From: Synechococcus elongatus PCC 6301
GTDB taxonomy: Bacteria; Cyanobacteriota; Cyanobacteriia; Synechococcales; Synechococcaceae
Assembly: GCF_000010065.1 (NCBI RefSeq)
Contig: NC_006576.1
Span: 750,001 to 782,000 of the forward strand
Length of the DNA stretch: 32,000 nt
Reading direction: 5' to 3'
Numbering within the stretch: position 1 is the stretch's first letter; each line of letters opens with the position of its first letter. The position numbers were made by a program, and so were the translations under genes. The notes below the pieces were generated by a model. It saw only the letters and a list, made by a program, of their open reading frames with translations. It was not told the origin of the DNA and searched no databases. Below are positions 1-7,889 of this stretch, piece after piece.

Positions 1-1360
1 GGGCGTAGGGTTTGGCAACCGTCATGAAATTGAAATCGGGATCCAAGCCTTTGCCAACCCCTTCCAGGGTCGAAAACGCTCGCATCACAAAGGTAAAGGT
101 AGCGGGAAAGCGAAACGGCTGGTCGTAGGCAATCTCGTAAATATCGTCGCTAATCGCACTGATCGACTGGCCTTCAAAGGGGCGATCGAGGAAGTTATCG
201 AGCAGATATTGCACCGATCGCCGCACAGGGCCGAGATCGCCTGTGGGCAAAAGCGCTCCCAGTTCGACTAGGGCACTGACGATATCATCAGCATCTTTGC
301 GGGCAATGCCTAAGAAGACCTGCATCAACTTACTGCGGACATCAGTGCGAATCTCGCCCATCATGCCGAAGTCGTAGAAAATCAGGCGACCCGTCGGACT
401 AACCGCCAAGTTGCCCGGATGCGGATCAGCATGGAAGAAGCCGTGATTGAGCACTTGGCGTAGGTAGGCTTCGGCGTTGAGCTGCGAAATTTTCTGGCGA
501 TCGAGGTTGGCCGCTTCCAGCGCCGTGTAGTCACTGATTTTGATGCCGGGCAGATATTCCAGCGTCAGCACCCTCGGACTGGCATAGCGCCAATAGACTC
601 GCGGCACCAGCAACCAGTCGCAGTCGCGAAAATCACGCCGAAAGCGATCGGCATTGCGACCCTCGCGCAGGTAGTCGGTCTCTTGCCAAAGGATTCGGCA
701 GCATTCTTCGTAAATGCCCACCCAATCGCGCCCTTGGCCCCAGCGGCGATGGCGCTGAAAGTATTCAGCAATGCCCCGCAGAATCGCCAAATCGACGGTA
801 AACAGTTGCTGGAGGCCGGGGCGTTGCACCTTGACCACCACGGCTTCGCCGGTCTTCAGACGGGCGCGGTGAACTTGGCCTAGGCTGGCGGCCGCGAGAG
901 GAACCGGATCAAAGTCACTGAACAGTTCTTCAGGACTCGCCCCCAATTCATTGCTCAGGATCTGTTGAACCTGCTCTAGATCAAAGGCTGGGACTTGATC
1001 CTGCAGCTTCGAGAGTTCTTCGACATACTCGGCTGGAAATAGATCGGCCCGCGTTGAAAAGAGCTGCCCAACTTTAATAAAGGTTGGCCCCAGATCCAGA
1101 CAGGTTTCGCGGATCCAACTCGCTAATTTGCGGCGGCGTTGGTTTTGGCGATCGCTACTGAATCCTCCGAAATACGTCCAAGGTCGCTGAATCAGCCACA
1201 GTCGAAAACTAAGCAGCAGCACAAACCGCCAGATATCGGCACTGCGCTGCCAGCGTGGATAGCGTCGCCGATCCCAGCGATAGCGACGACGGGGTGGCTG
1301 GGGCGGCGAGGGAGCCGCTGCGATCGCGGCTGACTCAACAGAGAGAGCAGTCACAGCCAC
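1..1360 (-). CDS. ABC1/UbiB-family atypical protein kinase (AarF domain); about 453 N-terminal codons, with the C-terminus running off the left edge
   Basis: This ORF is absent from the ORF track because it is open to the window edge. Hand translation of the minus strand from GTG 1358-1360 gives AVTALSVESAAIAAAPSPPQPPRRRYRWDRRRYPRWQRSADIWRFVLLLSF...LASWIRETCLDLGPTFIKVGQLFSTRADLFPAEYVEELSKLQDQVPAFD. Positions 898-842 read LAAASLGQVHRARLKTGEA and 454-407 read VLNHGFFHADPHPGNL. These are hallmark ABC1 kinase motifs. The GTG directly abuts the TAG (1361-1363) of the upstream ORF. Confidence 0.85.
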   Translation of the reverse strand, partial: MAVTALSVESAAIAAAPSPPQPPRRRYRWDRRRYPRWQRSADIWRFVLLLSFRLWLIQRPWTYFGGFSSDRQNQRRRKLASWIRETCLDLGPTFIKVGQLFSTRADLFPAEYVEELSKLQDQVPAFDLEQVQQILSNELGASPEELFSDFDPVPLAAASLGQVHRARLKTGEAVVVKVQRPGLQQLFTVDLAILRGIAEYFQRHRRWGQGRDWVGIYEECCRILWQETDYLREGRNADRFRRDFRDCDWLLVPRVYWRYASPRVLTLEYLPGIKISDYTALEAANLDRQKISQLNAEAYLRQVLNHGFFHADPHPGNLAVSPTGRLIFYDFGMMGEIRTDVRSKLMQVFLGIARKDADDIVSALVELGALLPTGDLGPVRRSVQYLLDNFLDRPFEGQSISAISDDIYEIAYDQPFRFPATFTFVMRAFSTLEGVGKGLDPDFNFMTVAKPYA

Positions 1361-1690
1361 CTAGTCTGAAAGAGATTGGCGATACTGCTGCAGCGCAAAC
1401 CGGGTTGCAGCAATTTCCGCTCGTAGGTCATCCAACAGGGCTTGCAGATCCACATCCGTCGGACGGCTCGGTGCTGGCTCCTGCTCCAGATCCGTCTCGG
1501 CTTGCTGAATCACTTCCTGCACGAACTGCTGCAGCGTTTGCCGGTATTCTGCTTCCCAAATGCCGAAATCACTGAGGCGATCGGCAACCACTTCGCCCGA
1601 GGGCGCGCTGAAATTCACGGACGAGCGATCGCCCCAAGAAAAAGGCTTCCCGGCTGGGATCAGACGGAGCAGACAAGATAGCGTTAACAA
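1361..1690 (-). CDS. Hypothetical protein of 109 aa with an acidic, helical C-terminal half
   Basis: Track ORF on the same strand as its neighbours, abutting the ABC1 kinase start. The first codon is TTG (1688-1690) and there is no internal ATG, so the start is uncertain. I recognise no family motif. Confidence 0.4.
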   Translation of the reverse strand: MLTLSCLLRLIPAGKPFSWGDRSSVNFSAPSGEVVADRLSDFGIWEAEYRQTLQQFVQEVIQQAETDLEQEPAPSRPTDVDLQALLDDLRAEIAATRFALQQYRQSLSD

Positions 1691-1744
1691 ACGGCAACAG
1701 GGGCCATTATAACGATCGCCACTCGTCTGGCTCTGCTGCGATCA

Positions 1745-2326
1745 CTACTGGAGCGGCGGTGCAGTGGGGGTTGGAGCGACTGGCTCGGGTGCGGAGGGCG
1801 CGATCGGTTCGGGTGCGGGAGACGGTGTCGGTGCAACCAAGCTAGGCTCTGTAGCGCTCTCGGTGGATGGAGCCGCCCAAGCTGGTGGTTGCTCGCTCAG
1901 GCTATCTGTGGCGGCCGCGTCGGGAAACTCTTGGCTCGGCATGGGCATGACCGGCAGATCGGGTGCGATCGCTGTTGAGGGCTGGCTAGACCACTCGTCA
2001 ACGGCACTAGGAGGATTGACGGCACCGTGGCGGGCTTCTAGATCACGGTAGTGGGTGCCGGGAAGATTCGCTTCTGGAAAATCCTGTTCGCTCTGCAGGA
2101 TATTCGCTACTGGATTGAAGGTGGGGCGACTGAATCGCAAGGTCAGGGCAAAACTGGCGCCAAAGCCACATCCGATCGCGATCGCGAGCCATAAGCCGCC
2201 GTGAATTGCCGAGCGGCGGGGCTGGCGGGGAGGCGGACTGCTGGGACGTCTTTGTCCTGAACGCGCTGCTGCTTGGGAGGGCTGCTTAGGCGAAACGATG
2301 ATAGTGCGATCTTCGGGACGACTCAT
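1745..2326 (-). CDS. Proline-rich single-pass membrane protein, hypothetical
   Basis: The track ORF 1745..2371 begins at a TTG. The first ATG is at 2324-2326 (MSRPEDRTIIV...). It has a basic N-terminus, one hydrophobic span (GGLWLAIAIGCGFGASFALTL), and a P/A/S/E-rich tail (APTPSPAPEPIAPSAPEPVAPTPTAPP). Confidence 0.5.
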   Translation of the reverse strand: MSRPEDRTIIVSPKQPSQAAARSGQRRPSSPPPRQPRRSAIHGGLWLAIAIGCGFGASFALTLRFSRPTFNPVANILQSEQDFPEANLPGTHYRDLEARHGAVNPPSAVDEWSSQPSTAIAPDLPVMPMPSQEFPDAAATDSLSEQPPAWAAPSTESATEPSLVAPTPSPAPEPIAPSAPEPVAPTPTAPPLQ

Positions 2327-2388
2327 CGTGGCAATCTCATGAACAGCTCCAGCCCAGTCCAGGATCGCCAAGGGCGATCGCCTTCAGA

Positions 2389-2880
2389 CTAGCGATAGTT
2401 AGTGAACTGCAACGGCGCCGGAACGTCCTGTTGCTTGAGGTATTGAATCACAGTCTGCAAGTCATCCTTCGACTTAGCACTGACCCGCAGGGCATCTCCT
2501 TGAATCGAAACCTGCACTTTCTTGAACTGGTCACGAATCTGTTTCGACAGATCCTTCGCCAGCTCGCTGCTCAGGCCCCGCTGCAGGGTAATGACCTGAC
2601 GAACGCGATTACCGCTCGCAGTTTCGACTTTGCCGAAGTCAAAAATTTTCAGCGAGAGATTGCGCTTGGCGACTTTAGTTTGCAGCAGGGTGACGACCGC
2701 ATCCAAGCTGAACTCGCTGTCAGTGTTAATCGTCAGAGTCTCGGCAGTCAGTTCCAAGGTCGTAGCGGAATCTTTAAGATCGTAGCGATTGGTAATCTCG
2801 CGCCGCGCCTGATCAACAGCGTTGACCAGTTCTTGCTGATCGAAGTCGCTGACGACGTCAAAAGAGCTTGCAGTGGCCAT
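2389..2880 (-). CDS. yajQ: YajQ-family (UPF0234) nucleotide-binding protein
   Basis: 163 aa with an ATG start. The N-terminus [38 protein letters not shown] and the C-terminal ...LQFTNYR are characteristic of YajQ in sequence and length. Confidence 0.9.
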   Translation of the reverse strand: MATASSFDVVSDFDQQELVNAVDQARREITNRYDLKDSATTLELTAETLTINTDSEFSLDAVVTLLQTKVAKRNLSLKIFDFGKVETASGNRVRQVITLQRGLSSELAKDLSKQIRDQFKKVQVSIQGDALRVSAKSKDDLQTVIQYLKQQDVPAPLQFTNYR

Positions 2881-2952
2881 GGGGATTTAGGAATAACGAC
2901 GCGAAGAAACCCGATCGCAATCAGCGACTGCGGGCTGAGCAGGTAGCACTGC

Positions 2953-3471
2953 TCAATCGAAGTAGAACAAAGTGACGAGGTGGTGCTGGTCTTCAGCGTA
3001 ACGACAGGTTTCCAAGAGCGTGTGGCTGTCGTGGAAGGCAAAGCAGATCAGCTGCTGGCAGCGCGTCACGATCGCCTGGTTGCAGAGGGTGCTGGCTTCC
3101 GCCAAAGACAGGTGGTCATTCTCGGCATGTTCAACCAGGTGAATGACCTTTTCCAGTTGTTCCCGCGATTCTCGGGGTTGGCGATCGAGACTTTGGGGCA
3201 AAATCACCGTCAGCAGATTGGGGTCCGCTCGCATCGCACCCCGAATCACAGCCGCGTTGGTTCCCTGAGCACCGGAAGTCATCAGACGATTGCCCGCCAG
3301 CACGAGAGCGTAGCTCATCATCTCAATCAGGTGCTGGTGCGTGATCGGAACGTGGCGAGATCCAAGAATGGCAACACGCTTGGAGCTGGTTTGCTGAATA
3401 GCAGCTAGCTCTTGAGCGAGCTCGTCAATGCGATCGAGCTTGGGGATATCGAGGTCGATGGACTGGCTCAA
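2953..3471 (-). CDS. DprA/Smf-like Rossmann-fold (SLOG-type) protein, short form
   Basis: 172 aa. The core RVAILGSRHVP...LAGNRLMTSGAQGTNAAVIRGAM resembles the DprA/Smf nucleotide-binding fold (G-S-R ... SG-A-G-D/N). The start codon is TTG (3469-3471) and there is no nearby ATG. Confidence 0.6.
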   Translation of the reverse strand: MSQSIDLDIPKLDRIDELAQELAAIQQTSSKRVAILGSRHVPITHQHLIEMMSYALVLAGNRLMTSGAQGTNAAVIRGAMRADPNLLTVILPQSLDRQPRESREQLEKVIHLVEHAENDHLSLAEASTLCNQAIVTRCQQLICFAFHDSHTLLETCRYAEDQHHLVTLFYFD

Positions 3472-3657
3472 CGTCGAAACGATCGCAACGGCTTGCCCAT
3501 TTTACAGCAAGCCCTGAGCTGCTGCTCTTTAACCCGCTCCTGCTCCGCATAGCACTGCCTAGGGCTGCCCCGCTTGGGAAATCCCGCAAACCGTCCCAGA
3601 TCGGAAACCTGCTGGGGTCTAGCTCAGACAGGGGGATCGCAGCAGGATTGTGGGGAC

Positions 3658-4839
3658 TCAGGACGCAGCAGCGATCGCCGGCAATCCAAGCAGAGATTGC
3701 AGCCGAGGGAAGTCAAGCGCTTCCCGCACCAAGCGGCTGACATACTGGGCTTTAACGACCTCATGCAACCGCACTTGGCCAAAGGCTTGGTCGATGATTT
3801 CCACCGTTGTCAGGGTATCGAGCTGAACCGAGAGAATCGGGATTTCCATCTCTTCGGCCCGACTGATAATTTGCGGCAGCGGCGCGACCCGACCGGTCAA
3901 AATCAAGCACTGGGTCGAGGTTTCTAAGGCCGCCAGTTGAATGTCCGCACGATCGCCGCCGGTCACCACGGCCATGTTGCGACCCTTGCGGAAATACTCC
4001 ATCGCCGAGTTAACGTTCATCGCCCCAATCGTCAGGCTCTCGACCATCAGATCGAGGCGATCGCGGCAGCAGAGCACCTCAGCATTGAGGCGACTGACCA
4101 GTTCTGTGACGCTGACGCTGCGCAGCAGAGCGCTCTGGGGCAGGAGACCAAGGACGGGAATACCGCGAGCTTCGAGGAACGGCACCAGGGTTTCTCGGAC
4201 ATGATCTAGTTCGCTCCGAGGCACGGCATTGAGCACCACTCCCAAGAGGCGATCGCCGAGGGATTGTTGCGCCGCTAGCAGACTGTCCACCGACCCTGTT
4301 TCGGACCAACGATTGGCCAGCAAGACCGGCGCGTCTAAGGCCGCAGCCACAGCCGGCAGATCCAGACTGAACACCTGACCATCCACCAAACGGCCTGCGC
4401 CTTCAATCAGGGCAATATCCCCTGGCGGGCGATCGCGATACTGCTGGAGTTGGGTGAGGTAATCGGTACTATCAGTTTGCGCTAACCGCCGCTGCACACT
4501 GGTCGGATCCAGCATCACCAACGTGGGATAGCGCTGATCCTCACTGAGGTTGAGAGTTTCTGCGATGAAGCGAACGTCTTCATCGATCAGGACAGCGCCC
4601 GGTTTAACTGAACTGTCTTCAAAGCAAGTGCCCAAGGGCTTGCCGTAGGCAATCCTCAGCCCTTGTTGCTGAAAATACTGCGCAATCCCCAGCGTCAGTG
4701 CTGACTTACCGCTATAAGCTTCGGTGGACCCCAACAGAAGATATGGCGAAGACGGCAGCACTTTGCCCCCTGGATCATTTTCGTGGCGAATGTCCGACCA
4801 TTTTAACGGCGTCTTGAACCCTCCCCAGTACTCCGCCAT
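3658..4839 (-). CDS. P-loop (dethiobiotin-synthase/CobQ-like) plus DRTGG domain protein, resembling the N-terminal part of phosphotransacetylase
   Basis: The track ORF starts at TTG 4842, and ATG 4837-4839 is the next codon. It has a P-loop-like segment (LLGSTEAYSGKSALTLG). The C-terminal half contains MAVVTGGDRADIQLAALETSTQCLILTG, which is the DRTGG-domain signature. Confidence 0.75.
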   Translation of the reverse strand: MAEYWGGFKTPLKWSDIRHENDPGGKVLPSSPYLLLGSTEAYSGKSALTLGIAQYFQQQGLRIAYGKPLGTCFEDSSVKPGAVLIDEDVRFIAETLNLSEDQRYPTLVMLDPTSVQRRLAQTDSTDYLTQLQQYRDRPPGDIALIEGAGRLVDGQVFSLDLPAVAAALDAPVLLANRWSETGSVDSLLAAQQSLGDRLLGVVLNAVPRSELDHVRETLVPFLEARGIPVLGLLPQSALLRSVSVTELVSRLNAEVLCCRDRLDLMVESLTIGAMNVNSAMEYFRKGRNMAVVTGGDRADIQLAALETSTQCLILTGRVAPLPQIISRAEEMEIPILSVQLDTLTTVEIIDQAFGQVRLHEVVKAQYVSRLVREALDFPRLQSLLGLPAIAAAS

Positions 4840-4892
4840 CAAAATTTTGGGCTGGTTGACCCAAGTTGATCCGCCGCTGGCCTTCGATGGGG

Positions 4893-5270
4893 TTAGCTGT
4901 CGTAACCCAGCAATCGCCGGTAAAAAGCCCCAGGAAAATCTGTTTTCTGCATGCGTTGGTAGCCCATCAACATATCGATCAGATATTCCAGAAATTCGTG
5001 GTTGGGCAGCAAAATTTCGTAGGTCAGTTCAGCGTCGTTGTTGAACTGCAGGTGGCAGCGCGTCATATCAGCGGGCAGCGGGGTTACCGTCCAGGTGGCA
5101 ACAAAAGAAATGGGTGCCCCTCCTTCCACAGCACGACTACCTTCAATCGAGCTGCCTTGATAGAGACTGAGGGCATAGGGTAGGTAGCGGCGCCGATTCG
5201 CCTGAGAATAGTAAGGGGTATAGAGTGACACTGCCCGGGGATCTGCTGGGACCAGTTCATCAATTCGCAT
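4893..5270 (-). CDS. Conserved hypothetical protein of 125 aa
   Basis: Clean ATG-initiated ORF with ordinary amino-acid composition. It is divergent from the 5397 gene. I cannot assign a family from the sequence alone. Confidence 0.55.
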   Translation of the reverse strand: MRIDELVPADPRAVSLYTPYYSQANRRRYLPYALSLYQGSSIEGSRAVEGGAPISFVATWTVTPLPADMTRCHLQFNNDAELTYEILLPNHEFLEYLIDMLMGYQRMQKTDFPGAFYRRLLGYDS

Positions 5271-5396
5271 GGGGATGACAAGACCTCAAGCGTTAGGTTG
5301 CCTAGTCTGTCCTAACAGGTTTGCCGCTCCTCGACCAGAGTCTAGGGACTCAAAATGCCCATGTTATGGTTCAGGAGATGTGTTTGACTGCCCTCA

Positions 5397-6686
5397 ATGG
5401 CTGCAGCTTGGACTGTTGCATTCGGCCTGTCCCTGCTTTCAATTCTTTGGGTGGAGCTGGTTCGCGATAGTTATCACACCTTGGCCCACTATTGGACGCC
5501 GCTCTATCGGCTGCATGTCTGGCATCACAAGGTTTTTCGCCCCGATCTGACGGTTGTCGATCCAACGATCTACAGTCGCGCCCACTGGTATAACGATGTC
5601 CCAGAAGCCAGTGTGATGCTGCTCTGCGGCGGTTTATTCGGCTGGCTGGTACAGACCTGGGTGACGGTTGGCGCTTGGCTGCCGTTTCTCGGTTGCTTCT
5701 ACACCTTGATCTTTCTGGGTGGGGCGATCGCGCGGGGATTGGCCGTACCGGGGGCTGATGCCCTGACGGACCTGACGCACTTGCCCGGTCCTTTCACTGC
5801 GCCCCCCAGCGCTTGGTTAGTGAATCGCACCTACCATTGGCGTCATCACTTTGATAGCCAAACAGCCTATTTCTGTGGCACGTTTTCATTTCTGGACAAG
5901 CTGATGGGCACCGCATTGTCGCTCAAGGGCAAAACAGTGGCGGTAACAGGGGCAGCTGGCGGATTGGGTCAGGCACTGATTGTCGAATTGCAGCGAGCGG
6001 GAGCAACGCCGGTTGCCTTGACTAGTGGTAGCCGTGCCCTGCCAGCACTCTTTGAAGATCTGGGGGTGCGAGTCTTGCACTGGCAAGTGGGGCAAGAGGC
6101 GGCGATCGCCGAAGATTTACGGCGCATTGATATCCTGCTGCTCAACCACGGCGTCAATGTTCTGGGCGATCGCTCAGCGACAGCGATTGAGCAGTCCTAC
6201 GAAGTCAATGCTTTTTCGCAGTGGCGTTTGCTAGAGCTGTTCCTAGAGACAGTCACGGATAATCGCGCAATCGCTCGGAAGGAAGTCTGGGTGAATACTT
6301 CAGAAGCTGAGGTCAATCCGGCCTTTAGTCCGCTCTACGAACTCAGTAAGCGGGCAATTGGACATTTGGTGACGCTGCGCCGCCTCGACTCTCCTATTGT
6401 CTTGCGCAAACTCATCCTTGGGCCGTTTCGCAGCGATCTCAATCCCTATGGCGTGATGTCCGCTCGCTGGGTAGCTCGCCAAGTGGTAGCTCTGGCCAAG
6501 CGCGATATTCGTAACATTATCGTGACAATCAACCCCTTAACCTATCTGCTCTTCCCAATCAAAGAAGTCAGTGCTTCTTGGTACTACCGCTTATTTAGTC
6601 GGTCGGGGCGATCGCTAACGTTTACAGACTCTTCAGCAAAAGTTCATGAAGTGATTAACCAGCCTAGAGAGAAATTTCTACGATAA
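5397..6686 (+). CDS. Fusion protein: membrane di-iron fatty-acid-hydroxylase/sterol-desaturase-like domain plus short-chain dehydrogenase/reductase (SDR)
   Basis: The N-terminal half has hydrophobic spans and histidine boxes (HTLAH, HVWHH, HWRHH). The C-terminal half has the SDR cofactor motif VAVTGAAGGLGQAL and the catalytic YELSK (YxxxK). Confidence 0.8.
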   Translation: MAAAWTVAFGLSLLSILWVELVRDSYHTLAHYWTPLYRLHVWHHKVFRPDLTVVDPTIYSRAHWYNDVPEASVMLLCGGLFGWLVQTWVTVGAWLPFLGCFYTLIFLGGAIARGLAVPGADALTDLTHLPGPFTAPPSAWLVNRTYHWRHHFDSQTAYFCGTFSFLDKLMGTALSLKGKTVAVTGAAGGLGQALIVELQRAGATPVALTSGSRALPALFEDLGVRVLHWQVGQEAAIAEDLRRIDILLLNHGVNVLGDRSATAIEQSYEVNAFSQWRLLELFLETVTDNRAIARKEVWVNTSEAEVNPAFSPLYELSKRAIGHLVTLRRLDSPIVLRKLILGPFRSDLNPYGVMSARWVARQVVALAKRDIRNIIVTINPLTYLLFPIKEVSASWYYRLFSRSGRSLTFTDSSAKVHEVINQPREKFLR

Positions 6687-6919
6687 GAACATCCTCGGAT
6701 GGCTATTCTGAGCTGTTGGGTTGAACATTACCGCTTTGCATTTTAGTGGTTGAGGAAAGCAGAATGTTAGAGTCTTTAGCTTTGGCGATCGGGATCAGTA
6801 TCGTCATTGTGATCAGCAGTTGGCATGAAGCCTAGAGATAATGAGCTGATCGGACCTCTCTTTTGAACTGCAGTGGTTGTCTTGTTCAGTTGTTACAGAC
6901 TGAAATCTTGATCGGCTTC

Positions 6920-7879
6920 TTAATCAACAGCAAATAGATCTTCAAGGTCTTCCAAATCAAGATCGGGTAAATCATCCAGCCCCGGCATTTCAGAGCATGA
7001 ATCTGGTTGAGATTCTAGGCTGGATGAGGTAGGGTCATCAGCCTGACTTGGCTGCAGTTCTGGAGCGACCATCTCAGAATTCTGAGCTTCAGTCAGGTAG
7101 TCAGTTTCAACTTGAACTGTGGAGAAGTCAAAGGCTTCAGCAGACTCTAAGTCTTGAAGAAGATCACTCGTCAGGGAATCTTCCGGGCTGTCAGCACCTA
7201 CATCAGTCAGAAAATCAGTGGCTGCAGCGAGAATCTCTGCATCGAAGTCTGTCATTTCATCAATGATGACTTCATTACTCAATTCAACAGCTGTGGGATT
7301 AGCAAGGCTAAGGGAAGGCTGTAACTCGCTCGGTACAATCACTTCCTGATTCGCAAGGGTAGATAGCACTGCAGCAGGTTCCAAAATAAATGTGGGTGAC
7401 TGCTTCACTCCTTCAGTTTCTTCTACCGAAACGGAAGTCACAGCATGAATGTCTCCCCAGCGGAGATAGCTATCCGGCAGGCTGGTAATTGTCTGTTCCG
7501 ATAGACGCTGAAGTTGGGGAGACTGCTCAATCGGTAGACCAATGAGCTGACTGTTGGTATTGCCTTGATCGATTTTGATCAGAATGAGAAAGCGAGCCGA
7601 TTCTAGCCGAGTTTTAGCAGCCGTGGCTGAGGAATGAGCAACCCCCAATAAATGTTGTTCAATATCAATGACCGTTACTTGTTGGCCTTGATAACTGACT
7701 AAGCCAAAGCCTCGCTGATTAGGATCACCATAAAGAGCCGGCATTTGGATAACCTTGCCCACACTTTCAATGGGCAGGGCAAATTGCTGGTTGGCGATTG
7801 TAAAAATGAGAAACTGTCGCAAGCTTTGCTGGGAACTATTACGCGATCGCTGTAAACGACGGGGAGTATAGGTAGCCAT
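6920..7879 (-). CDS. CheW-like coupling protein with a C-terminal tail of about 140 aa that is acidic and free of K, R and H
   Basis: ATG at 7877-7879, 10 nt after the pixL stop. Residues of about 20-175 look like a CheW domain (FLIFTIANQQFALPIESVGKVIQMP...GLVSYQGQQVTVIDI...FLILIKI). The tail ends ...GLDDLPDLDLEDLEDLFAVD. Confidence 0.85.
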   Translation of the reverse strand: MATYTPRRLQRSRNSSQQSLRQFLIFTIANQQFALPIESVGKVIQMPALYGDPNQRGFGLVSYQGQQVTVIDIEQHLLGVAHSSATAAKTRLESARFLILIKIDQGNTNSQLIGLPIEQSPQLQRLSEQTITSLPDSYLRWGDIHAVTSVSVEETEGVKQSPTFILEPAAVLSTLANQEVIVPSELQPSLSLANPTAVELSNEVIIDEMTDFDAEILAAATDFLTDVGADSPEDSLTSDLLQDLESAEAFDFSTVQVETDYLTEAQNSEMVAPELQPSQADDPTSSSLESQPDSCSEMPGLDDLPDLDLEDLEDLFAVD

Positions 7880-7889
7880 GACCGAAATC

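Noticed and set aside
2431-3408. Long plus-strand ORFs (2431..2946, 2980..3408), and similar ones at 21566..22084 (+), 25841..26440 (-) and 9270..9590 (+).
   Set aside because: Each lies antisense to a gene with unmistakable family motifs (YajQ, the DprA-like protein, DapL, UvrA, PixL). Their composition is Arg/Ser/Gly/Leu-rich and low in complexity. They are shadow ORFs, which are typical of GC-rich coding DNA.
5292-5316. Inverted repeat GTTAGG-N13-CCTAAC in the divergent promoter region between 4893..5270 (-) and 5397 (+).
   Set aside because: The arms are only 6 bp with no extension. This is within chance expectation, and I recognise no matching operator.
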